Origin: Gammaproteobacteria bacterium
GTDB taxonomy: Bacteria; Pseudomonadota; Gammaproteobacteria; UBA4575
Assembly (NCBI GenBank): GCA_965222615.1
Contig: CBDCUI010000008.1
Location: forward strand, 224,001 to 288,000
DNA length: 64,000 bases
Direction of reading: 5' to 3'
The notes below the pieces were generated by a model. The model saw only the letters and a program-made list of their open reading frames with translations, did no database searches and was not told where the DNA came from. A program made the position numbers and the translations under genes. Positions 1 to 8,457 of the stretch are shown piece after piece. Every line of letters begins with the position of its first letter. Within the stretch, counting starts at the first letter, position 1.

Positions 1-1
1 A

Positions 2-130
2 TCGATGGTAAATGAAACTTTAGTGGATCCTATTTTTGGGATCACCGATGCAATTGGATCTGTAATGAGAAAAAGAATTGAACCGGTAACCAAGCCGATT
101 ATTGATTATTTAAGGGTACTGCAAACCTAG
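2..130 (+). CDS. 3' end of an upstream gene (partial); tentatively DsrS-like
   Basis: Open frame from the window edge: SMVNETLVDPIFGITDAIGSVMRKRIEPVTKPIIDYLRVLQT, stop TAG at 128-130. The TDAIGSVMRKRIEP segment recalls DsrS C-termini from memory only. Confidence 0.35.
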   Translation, partial: SMVNETLVDPIFGITDAIGSVMRKRIEPVTKPIIDYLRVLQT

Positions 131-145
131 TAAAGAAATATTATT

Positions 146-1579
146 GTGGATTTTCTTCCTCTATTTCTAGATATAAAAAATAAACCATGCCTAATTGTTG
201 GTGGTGGGGCTATTGCTGAACGCAAGGTATCTATTTTGAAACGAGCGCAAGCAAAAATTACAATTATCGCACCTGAAATCACACAAGAACTACAACGCAG
301 AGTAGACAGCAATAGTATTTCTTGGCAGCAAAAAAGCTTTGTAGAGGATGATTTATTAGACTACCAACTCGTAATGGCGGCTACGGATAATCGTGATGTC
401 AATGCTGAAATAGCAATGCTTTGTCGACAAAAAAATATTTTAGTGAATGCAGCAGATGATGCCAAAAATTGTGATTTCATTTTGCCATCTATTATTGATC
501 GTTCTCCAGTACAGATTGCAGTATCAACAGGTGGCGCATCGCCGGTATTGGCTAGAATGTTACGTACAAAGTTGGAAAACTGTACGCCTGCAGCATATGG
601 GGCACTTGCAAAATTGATTGAAGATAATCGAGTGAGGGTAAAAGAAAAATTTGCTAGTGTTAATCAAAGAAGAAAATTTTGGGAGCAAGTGCTACAAGGC
701 CCAATCGCAGAGTTAGTATTTGCCAATCAAATAGATGCTGCGCAAAAATTGTTAGCAGAAAATATTCAACTTGCTGACAAAAATGAAATTTCACAAGGTG
801 AAGTGTATTTAGTCGGTGCCGGTCCAGGGGATCCAGACTTGTTGACTTTTCGAGCTTTACGTTTAATGCAGCAAGCGGATGTGGTGGTCTACGACAGGTT
901 GGTTTCACAACAAATTATGGATTTAGTACGTAAAGATGCTGAACAAATTTATGCGGGTAAGGAACGTTCTCAACATACTTTGCCACAAGAAACCATAAAT
1001 GAGCTTTTAGTGCGTCTTGCTAAAGAAGGAAAACGCGTATTGCGTCTAAAAGGTGGCGATCCATTTATCTTTGGACGAGGAGGCGAAGAGATTGCCACAC
1101 TTATCGATGAGCAAATTCCATTTCAAGTTGTTCCAGGTATTACTGCCGCGACAGGTTGTGCCGCCTATTCAGGCATACCTCTTACACATCGTGATTATTC
1201 TCAAGCCGCCATTTTTGCAACCGGCCATTTGCGAGACGGCACGGTAGATTTGAATTGGGAGATGCTTGCACATAGTAACCAAACTCTAGTTTTCTACATG
1301 GGGTTGCAAGGATTAGAGAATATTTGTGAAAACCTAAACAAGCATGGACTAGATGCGACAACTCCTGCAGCATTGATTATGCAAGGAACAACTACCAATC
1401 AAAAAGTAATTATTGGAAATTTGAATACCTTGCCGAAATTAGTGCAGCAACATCATGTTAAACCACCTACATTAGTCATTATCGGTGCTGTAGTACAACT
1501 ACATAAGAAATTACACTGGTTTAATCCCGAAGAAGACGTGACGGCAGGAGCAGTGAAGTCATTTGGAGCAAAACTTTAA
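146..1579 (+). CDS. cysG: Siroheme synthase (precorrin-2 dehydrogenase/ferrochelatase + uroporphyrinogen-III C-methyltransferase)
   Basis: N-terminal LIVGGGAIAERK; C-terminal GEVYLVGAGPGDPDLLT, RLKGGDPFIFGRGGEE, VVPGITAA; 477 aa. Confidence 0.97.
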   Translation: MDFLPLFLDIKNKPCLIVGGGAIAERKVSILKRAQAKITIIAPEITQELQRRVDSNSISWQQKSFVEDDLLDYQLVMAATDNRDVNAEIAMLCRQKNILVNAADDAKNCDFILPSIIDRSPVQIAVSTGGASPVLARMLRTKLENCTPAAYGALAKLIEDNRVRVKEKFASVNQRRKFWEQVLQGPIAELVFANQIDAAQKLLAENIQLADKNEISQGEVYLVGAGPGDPDLLTFRALRLMQQADVVVYDRLVSQQIMDLVRKDAEQIYAGKERSQHTLPQETINELLVRLAKEGKRVLRLKGGDPFIFGRGGEEIATLIDEQIPFQVVPGITAATGCAAYSGIPLTHRDYSQAAIFATGHLRDGTVDLNWEMLAHSNQTLVFYMGLQGLENICENLNKHGLDATTPAALIMQGTTTNQKVIIGNLNTLPKLVQQHHVKPPTLVIIGAVVQLHKKLHWFNPEEDVTAGAVKSFGAKL

Positions 1580-1713
1580 AGAAGCTCTGGTTTATTAATG
1601 AAATGGTTGTAGGGTCGTGTATTACGTGATTAACCGTTTCACGCAAGGGTGCAAGTAATGAGTTGGACGTAGTTGATTATCGCGGTTCTATTTATAAGTT
1701 GGTACAGTGAATA

Positions 1714-2256
1714 GTGCTTATGGAAATAAAATTTTGGGTATTAATTATATTTACTTCATTGATGGGAATATTTAGCGACACGAACGCATCTGAGCTTGAA
1801 GTAGGTTCAACGGCTCCTGAATTTGAATTATTGGATCAGACGGAAACTACTCATGCTTTATCGAACTACAGAGGGAAATGGGTAGTGGTGTATTTCTATC
1901 CAAAAGACGATACACCAGGATGTACTAAAGAAGCGTGTGAGTTTCGTGATGATATTGTAATCTTACAAAGCCTAAACACCCAAGTTTTCGGTATTAGTGT
2001 TGATAGCACAAATAGCCACGCAAAATTTGCTAAAAAATATAGTCTGCAATTTCCCCTATTGGCCGATACGGAAGGCAAAATTGCGAAAAGTTACGGCGCC
2101 TTAACAAAAGTGGGTCCACTAAAATTTGCTAAGCGACATACTTTTATCGTCGATCCAAATGGGAATTTGGCCAAAATATACCGTAGTGTAAAACCGGCTA
2201 CTCATAGCGATGAGGTCATCGCAGCTATTAAAGATTTACAGCAAACACAAGAATAA
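1714..2256 (+). CDS. bcp: Peroxiredoxin, BCP/PrxQ family, with N-terminal signal-like segment
   Basis: YFYPKDDTPGCTKEAC active-site motif. Confidence 0.9.
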   Translation: MLMEIKFWVLIIFTSLMGIFSDTNASELEVGSTAPEFELLDQTETTHALSNYRGKWVVVYFYPKDDTPGCTKEACEFRDDIVILQSLNTQVFGISVDSTNSHAKFAKKYSLQFPLLADTEGKIAKSYGALTKVGPLKFAKRHTFIVDPNGNLAKIYRSVKPATHSDEVIAAIKDLQQTQE

Positions 2257-2282
2257 ATCTGTTACTATTCTTTTTTAATTCG

Positions 2283-2659
2283 CTGAAGGTGTCCTTGGCT
2301 TAGATGGAATCTATGTGCAAGGGTGAAACTGGGAAGTCTGTGTGGATCAGGCGCTGCCCCCGCAACGGTGATTGAGTGATTAGAGAACACTGATTTACGT
2401 TGATACAGCGTTAAAAAATATCTCAAAATGCTCATGTATGTACATATACACTGCGCTTTTTCGATATTTTTCGCCTCGTCTCAACGATAAATCAATGCCC
2501 CCCTTGTGTTCCTTTGAAGTAAGCTTAAAAACCACTGTACCTAGAGTATGGGAAGGTAGCTTACTTAGTTATATTTTTTAAATGTAACGCTCATCAGCCC
2601 GGAGACCGGCCTTTAGTTGTTCCCTGAAAGGGGTTTAGTAGGGTTGCGGCGGGCGACTC
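2283..2659 (+). ncRNA. Cobalamin (AdoCbl-class) riboswitch with P13 expression platform
   Basis: GGGAA (2331), TGCCCCCGCAACGGT (2355-2369), CCACTG...GGGAAGG accessory core, stem AAGTAAGCT 2517-2525 / AGCTTACTT 2558-2566, B12 box AGCCCGGAGACCGGCC (~2596-2611), hairpin GGGTTGC-GGCGG-GCGACTC 2641-2659; lies directly upstream of a btuB-like gene. Confidence 0.93.
2385..2511. repeat. ~130-nt imperfect palindrome (miniature REP/RPE-like element) inside the riboswitch
   Basis: Nested inverted pairs: GAACAC 2385-90 / GTGTTC 2506-11; TGATTTA 2391-97 / TAAATCA 2488-94; CGTTGA 2398-2403 / TCAACG 2481-86; AAAAATATC 2414-22 / GATATTTTT 2463-71; TGTAT 2435-39 / ATACA 2446-50. Confidence 0.7.
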
Positions 2660-2740
2660 AAGCTGAAGTCTAACTATGCAAGCGAATATGCTTGCGTGCT
2701 TCGCTGTGCACCTGCCAATCACAATAACAAGGTGTACAAA

Positions 2741-4528
2741 ATGAATTTTAAAATCCTATCAATATTAGTCATTTTATGTGCAAGTGGATTTGTGCATGCA
2801 TTAGATGAGGTAGTAGTAACACCATCAAGAAACGTACAATTAATAAACGAAGTCGTGCCTTCGGTAATTGTGATTGATCGAAAGACGATCGAGCGTAGTT
2901 ATGCTACCGATATTGCTGACCTATTGCGGTGGCATGCAGGCTTAGATATTGCTCGTACAGGCGGTTTTGGGCAACAGTCCTCGGTGTTTATTCGAGGCAC
3001 AAACAGTAATCATACCGCTGTGCTTATCAATGGTGTAAAAATGAATTCCGCAACGACAGGCGCGGCAGCATTGGAAATGATTAATCCCGCAGTAGTTGAG
3101 CGTATTGAAATCATCAAAGGTCCTCGTTCCACAGTCTATGGGTCAGAAGCGATTGGTGGTGTCATTAATATCATTACTTCTAACGAGAAACCAATAAATA
3201 GAGTTGCGATACATTTATCTAATGGCAGGTATTCAACTGAGGAACAAGGGGTAGATGTTGAATATGGAAATAATAATATAAGTAGTAACTTTTCATTTAA
3301 CCGCATTGATACCGATGGCTTTCCTGCAACCACGACATCTAATACTCGCCATGGGCACGATAACGACACATTTGATTTCAACCTGAGTACCACATTTGGG
3401 TTAACTGAACTTGAGATTGGTTATTGGCAGACGCAGGGAAATACAGAGTACGATGGATTTGGGGTCGACTTAGATCAAGATCGTAAAAATAATGTATTCA
3501 ATGTAGGAATGAATTTTATATTCTCAGAAAATTGGAAATCTATTTTTTCGATTTCCAAAACAAAAGATGAAATTCGTCAAAATCAATTTAATTTCTTGGG
3601 AGATGAGGATTTCGCACATACCGACCGGGTCATTTATGATTGGAAAAACGATATAACTTTAAATGATAATCATCTGACCTTAGGTATCTCTAAAACAGAC
3701 GAAGATACTAAGTCTTTATCCTTTGGAACAAGCTATAAGGAAAAAACCGATCTACATGCAATTTATTTACATGATCAGCTAATTAAAGACAAGCATAGTT
3801 TATTTACTTCAACACGGTATACAGATCATGAGGATTTTGATGAAACTATAACTTGGAACCTGGAATACGCTTATGCAGTTAGTGATCGTGCAAAACTACT
3901 CGCTAGCATAGGCACTGGCTTTCGGGCTCCAGATAGTAATGCGCGATTCGGATTCGGAGGTAATCCCAATTTGCGTGAAGAAACTTCACACACAATTGAA
4001 TTAGGAGTCAACTACGAGTTTAATCAAAATACTAAGGCATCCTTGCGAGCATATGAAAATAAAATTGAAGATTTAATTGAAACCATTTTGATTGATCCAG
4101 GTGCGTTCATTTTTGAAAATCGAAATGTGAATAATGCGCGTATACGTGGATTAGAATTTTCATTTCGGCATGCAGCCAAGCAATGGGATATTGATATAGC
4201 AGGAGTAATGCAAAATCCTCGCAATGAAACGGATGATTCACCATTGTTACGAAGAGCAAAACGATCGCTAAATGGTTCAATGAGATATAATCATGAACGC
4301 TATTATTTTGTTTTAAATGGATTATTGACCTCTGAGAGAAGAGATTTTGGCAACGAGGCTTTACCAGGTTATGGGTTAGTAAGCATCGTTGCTGGTGTTA
4401 CTTTCCCTAATGCAACCTTATCAATAAAGGCAGAAAATTTATTTGATAAGGACTACGAGCTAGCATCAGGATTTAATACACCCGGTCAATCAATTTTCGC
4501 AGAGTTACGCATCAAATTTACGGAATGA
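2741..4528 (+). CDS. btuB: TonB-dependent vitamin B12 receptor
   Basis: Signal peptide from ATG 2741 (MNFKILSILVIL...), TonB-box-like DEVVVT, plug motifs FIRGTNSNHTAVLING and VERIEIIKGPRSTVYGSEAIGGVINIIT; downstream of the cobalamin riboswitch. Confidence 0.9.
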   Translation: MNFKILSILVILCASGFVHALDEVVVTPSRNVQLINEVVPSVIVIDRKTIERSYATDIADLLRWHAGLDIARTGGFGQQSSVFIRGTNSNHTAVLINGVKMNSATTGAAALEMINPAVVERIEIIKGPRSTVYGSEAIGGVINIITSNEKPINRVAIHLSNGRYSTEEQGVDVEYGNNNISSNFSFNRIDTDGFPATTTSNTRHGHDNDTFDFNLSTTFGLTELEIGYWQTQGNTEYDGFGVDLDQDRKNNVFNVGMNFIFSENWKSIFSISKTKDEIRQNQFNFLGDEDFAHTDRVIYDWKNDITLNDNHLTLGISKTDEDTKSLSFGTSYKEKTDLHAIYLHDQLIKDKHSLFTSTRYTDHEDFDETITWNLEYAYAVSDRAKLLASIGTGFRAPDSNARFGFGGNPNLREETSHTIELGVNYEFNQNTKASLRAYENKIEDLIETILIDPGAFIFENRNVNNARIRGLEFSFRHAAKQWDIDIAGVMQNPRNETDDSPLLRRAKRSLNGSMRYNHERYYFVLNGLLTSERRDFGNEALPGYGLVSIVAGVTFPNATLSIKAENLFDKDYELASGFNTPGQSIFAELRIKFTE

Positions 4529-4547
4529 ATAATCAAGAAGTTTTAAA

Positions 4548-5096
4548 ATGACGTCGAATCGTCTTACAAAAATCCATACAAAAACTGGTGATCAAGGTGA
4601 AACTGGCTTATCAGGTGGTATGCGGGTACGTAAAGATTGCCCTGAGGTTCAAGCAATTGGGGATGTGGATGAGTTGAATTCGGTTATAGGTATGGTACTG
4701 GTTGATGACATGCCGAGTGAATTGAAATCAATCTTAGAGAATATACAGCATCAGTTATTCAATTTAGGGGCTGAGTTAAACAATCCCAAGCTAAGTTTAA
4801 TTTCAAAAGAGATGATTCTTCAGTTAGAGAAGTATCTAGATGGTTATAATGAAAATTTACCCCCGCTTAAAAACTTCATTCTTCCGGGAGGTGGTCATGC
4901 CGCTGCAACCTGTCACTTAGCCCGTGCGATATGTAGGCGCGCAGAGCGCAGTGTAGTTGCAATGACTTTGAGCAAAGAGATCAACCCAAATTTGCAAATA
5001 TATTTGAATCGTTTGTCAGATTTTTTATTTGTAGCATGCAGGGTGTTAGCAAGACATGTGGGCCGAGACGAAACACTTTGGTCAAGTGATCGTTAA
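4548..5096 (+). CDS. Cob(I)alamin adenosyltransferase, PduO type
   Basis: KIHTKTGDQGET, GDVDELNS, FILPGG, ARAICRRAER, YLNRLSDFLF. Confidence 0.93.
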   Translation: MTSNRLTKIHTKTGDQGETGLSGGMRVRKDCPEVQAIGDVDELNSVIGMVLVDDMPSELKSILENIQHQLFNLGAELNNPKLSLISKEMILQLEKYLDGYNENLPPLKNFILPGGGHAAATCHLARAICRRAERSVVAMTLSKEINPNLQIYLNRLSDFLFVACRVLARHVGRDETLWSSDR

Positions 5097-5113
5097 GTAT
5101 AAGGAGTATTTTT

Positions 5114-6019
5114 ATTCGTTTAGGGATTGATTTGGGTGGAACCAAGATTGAGCTCTTGGTGTTGAATAATCACGGTGAGGAGTTGTTACGCAAACGCATT
5201 CCAACACCGAGAGATAATTATGCAGAAATTATTAGCTCAATTACAGCGCTCATAAACAATGCTGAAGATGAATTAAATCAGAAATGTACTATCGGGATTT
5301 GTACTCCTGGTTCTTTATCCCCAAAAACAGGTTTATTACGGAACTCAAATACAGCTTGTCTCAATGGTCAAGCTTTTAAACAAGATTTAGAGCAGTCCAT
5401 AGAAAGAGAAGTATGTATTGCGAATGATGCTAATTGTTTTGCGTTATCGGAAGCTATAGATGGAGCCGCTAACAATGCTGCTGTAGTGTTTGGTGTGATC
5501 GTTGGAACCGGTACTGGTGGTGGAATTGTAGTAAATAAAAAAGTGTTAACAGGAATTAATGCCGTAACCGGTGAATGGGGACATAATCCTTTGCCATGGC
5601 CAGAGCCAGATGAACTTGAACTCACAAACTGTTGGTGTGGTCAGCAGGGGTGTATCGAAACTTTTCTATCCGGTCCTGGTTTGGAAAATGATTTTGAAAG
5701 AGTTACAGGTAAAAAATTAAGTGTCGAAAAAATTGTACTCTTAGCTTCACGAGGAGATGCCAATGCAGAGGCTGTCTTAGTTCGATATGAACATCGCATG
5801 GCTAGAAGTTTGGCGCATGTCATTAATGTTTTAGATCCTGAAGTAATTGTGTTAGGCGGTGGTCTATCCAAATTAGATCATTTGTATAGTAATGTCCCAA
5901 AATTATGGCAGCAGTGGATATTTTCTGATTCTGTGAGTACAGAATTGTTACCACCGGAATTTGGAGATGCGAGTGGAGTAAGAGGGGCGGCATGGCTTTG
6001 GGATCACGACATGGGATAA
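5114..6019 (+). CDS. mak: ROK-family sugar kinase (fructokinase Mak-like); probable ATT start at 5114
   Basis: In-frame upstream extension gives IRLGIDLGGTKIE; ANDANCFALSEA, GEWGHNPLPW, CWCGQQGCIETFLSG, GDASGVRGAAWLW. Confidence 0.88.
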   Translation: MRLGIDLGGTKIELLVLNNHGEELLRKRIPTPRDNYAEIISSITALINNAEDELNQKCTIGICTPGSLSPKTGLLRNSNTACLNGQAFKQDLEQSIEREVCIANDANCFALSEAIDGAANNAAVVFGVIVGTGTGGGIVVNKKVLTGINAVTGEWGHNPLPWPEPDELELTNCWCGQQGCIETFLSGPGLENDFERVTGKKLSVEKIVLLASRGDANAEAVLVRYEHRMARSLAHVINVLDPEVIVLGGGLSKLDHLYSNVPKLWQQWIFSDSVSTELLPPEFGDASGVRGAAWLWDHDMG

Positions 6020-6153
6020 TCGCCAGCCCTAGGTATTAGGACGATTTCTCTCGTTAAGCATTGGCTCTAATCTCTAAAACCCTACAAAAACTAGTTTAAT
6101 GGCTATATTTTCTCCCATCTGTCGTAAAAAACATCAATAAAATCAGGGGACAA

Positions 6154-6196
6154 TGTGAGTCACCTCACAACCAAATTATCGTAACGAATTTACTAT
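6154..6196 (+). promoter_or_regulatory. CRP/Vfr/Clp-type binding site with candidate class II promoter for the polysaccharide locus
   Basis: TGTGA-gtcacc-TCACA at 6154-6169 (perfect consensus); TACTAT at 6191-6196 would place the site centre at -41.5. Confidence 0.6.
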
Positions 6197-6430
6197 ACTA
6201 TGGTTTGTCCCACATGCATGCTGTGGTATAGATTCTTATGACTATTGGTGGATTTTATTTGTGCGGGTTTGGGCGGCCTTTAAGTAGACAGAGTTCATAA
6301 AGTAGTGAACTAAGCTGTCAGACAGTAGTTCAAACGGAGAGTGATACAAATAATAAATACATCTTATCGATGTGTTCAATAAAGAGATTTGTATTGTAGT
6401 TAGTTAATAATAGGCTTCAAGGAGTAAGTA

Positions 6431-7087
6431 ATGATTTCAGTTAATCCTAGTTTGTATTTGCAAGCAAAACAGCGCATGTCTATACATTTTAATACTAATT
6501 TATTCCGTTTTACTACGACTATTTTATTTATTTTCATACTTTTGTTCTTTTCTATTGGGGTTTCAGTGGCCGGAGAAAAGTTTTCAGGTGCTTCGACTAA
6601 TCCTGCTGATTACCGGATTGGTCCGGAAGATGTTTTGTATATTTCTGTATGGAAAGAAGAGGAATTACAACGTGAGGTGCTGGTAAGACCTGATGGCGGA
6701 ATTTCTTTTCCGCTTGCTGGTGATATTCAAGTATCTGGTAAAACGCCTGTTGAAGTAGAGCAGGAAATTACAGCAAAAATCCAACATTATATTCCCGAAG
6801 CAGTTGTTAGTGTTTCTGTTAAAACTGTTTCTGGTTACACGATTTTTGTAAACGGTAAAGTAAAGCAACCTGGTAAATTTGTTGTTGGTCGGTATATGGA
6901 TGTCATGCAAGCAATTACTTTAGCTGGGGGTTTAGATACTTTTGCTAAAGAAGACTCTATCAAAGTTATTCGAAGACAGAACGGCAAGCAGGTAGTGCAT
7001 AGATTCAACTATAAAGAAGTTAAGAAGGGGAATAACCTAGAGCAAAATATAATTTTAAAAAGTGGTGATACTATTGTTGTTCCTTAA
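6431..7087 (+). CDS. wza: Polysaccharide export protein (short OPX/Wza family)
   Basis: YRIGPEDVLYISVW, VRPDGGISFPLAGDI poly_export motif, one SLBB domain, ends LKSGDTIVVP; true start may be a downstream ATG. Confidence 0.9.
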   Translation: MISVNPSLYLQAKQRMSIHFNTNLFRFTTTILFIFILLFFSIGVSVAGEKFSGASTNPADYRIGPEDVLYISVWKEEELQREVLVRPDGGISFPLAGDIQVSGKTPVEVEQEITAKIQHYIPEAVVSVSVKTVSGYTIFVNGKVKQPGKFVVGRYMDVMQAITLAGGLDTFAKEDSIKVIRRQNGKQVVHRFNYKEVKKGNNLEQNIILKSGDTIVVP

Positions 7088-7161
7088 GTAGTTATTTTTT
7101 TGAAAAGTGATTAACTGCTTATATAAATAATTAAGACTAAATCAAAGAATAGAGAGTAGTT

Positions 7162-8430
7162 ATGAATAATATTGGGAAGCTATCTATGAAGAATAAAAGT
7201 GGGAGATTATTTTTGAAAACTGCTTGCGCCGTTAGCGCGCTTGTGATCGCGTCGAATTCAGTTAATGCAGCAGTATGGTTGTTTGATCCGACTATTACAC
7301 TATCGCAGGAGTATGATGATAATTACCGACTTGAGTCTGAATCTTCAAATGAAGATGAGGTTAGTACTACAAATCTTACTGGTGAATTAGCGCTAAAGGG
7401 AAAATCTGAACGTCTCGATGTTAAAGCATTGGTTCGGTTAGACGCGATTAAATATAGTGGTGATGATAGAAATTTAAGCGATAGAAATAACCAGCTTGTT
7501 AGTCTATCTTCAAATTATAAAGCTACAGAAAAAAATAGATTCTTTCTTAAATCTAATCTTCTTCGTGACACAATATTGAGATCGGCGAGAATTATTGCCT
7601 TACCTGGAGATATTGATGATGATGTGGCATTAGATCCTGATGAAGACATCGATGTAAATATAATTCAAAGAAATTTAAGAAGAAAGCGTTTTACATTAAA
7701 TACAGGTTGGCGATATCGTATAGATGAAAGAACAAATATTGGATTAGGGTATCGCTATAAGGATCTATCTTTTAGTGGCGGGAGTGACTCAGGCTTGGTT
7801 GAATCAGATCGGCAAACTATAAGTGCTAACCTAACGAGAAAAATTACTGAAAAAGATACGATTACTGGCAAGATCAGTGAATCTTATTTCCGTCCAGATA
7901 ATGATGGTCCGGATCAAGATGTAGACACTCTTGAGGCAAGAATAGGATGGATTCGTGATTTTTCAGAGACATTGCAAATGGATTTTACATTTGGTGGACG
8001 TGAGTCTGACTTTGATAATGCAAGAAAGAGTAGTGACTCAGGCTTTGTGGCAAACATTGGAGCGACAAAACGCACTGGTTTGACAACATACAGAGTTAAT
8101 TTAGAGAGAAAAGTTAATCCAAGTGCATCTGGAAATCAAGCAGAGGTTGATGAGTTGTCTATCTATGTAGATAGAGCGATTACAGAAAAATTGAGTTTCA
8201 ATTTTGACGGGCGAATATTTGATACAGAAACAACTGGAAACACGAACTCAGCATCTGACCGTGAGTATATTTCATTATCACCCTCATTAAAGTGGAGATT
8301 TTCGCCTTCTTGGGTGGCTGGTGTTTCATACAGATATACAGAAGAAGATCGAGATAATTTTGTTGGTGGAAGTGCTGATAATAATGGGGCACAAGTGAGC
8401 ATTAGTTATTCTCCGCCAAGACAATTTTAG
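7162..8430 (+). CDS. Outer-membrane beta-barrel protein associated with EPS export
   Basis: Signal peptide, EYDDN motif near the N-terminus, amphipathic beta-strands, C-terminal Phe; lies between wza and the co-polymerase. Confidence 0.75.
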   Translation: MNNIGKLSMKNKSGRLFLKTACAVSALVIASNSVNAAVWLFDPTITLSQEYDDNYRLESESSNEDEVSTTNLTGELALKGKSERLDVKALVRLDAIKYSGDDRNLSDRNNQLVSLSSNYKATEKNRFFLKSNLLRDTILRSARIIALPGDIDDDVALDPDEDIDVNIIQRNLRRKRFTLNTGWRYRIDERTNIGLGYRYKDLSFSGGSDSGLVESDRQTISANLTRKITEKDTITGKISESYFRPDNDGPDQDVDTLEARIGWIRDFSETLQMDFTFGGRESDFDNARKSSDSGFVANIGATKRTGLTTYRVNLERKVNPSASGNQAEVDELSIYVDRAITEKLSFNFDGRIFDTETTGNTNSASDREYISLSPSLKWRFSPSWVAGVSYRYTEEDRDNFVGGSADNNGAQVSISYSPPRQF

Positions 8431-8457
8431 ATACTCATTTATTTGGGACATAAACAT

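Noticed and set aside
6020-6430. JUMPstart/ops element upstream of wza
   Set aside because: GGGCGGCC near 6270 does not match the ops consensus GGCGGTAG.
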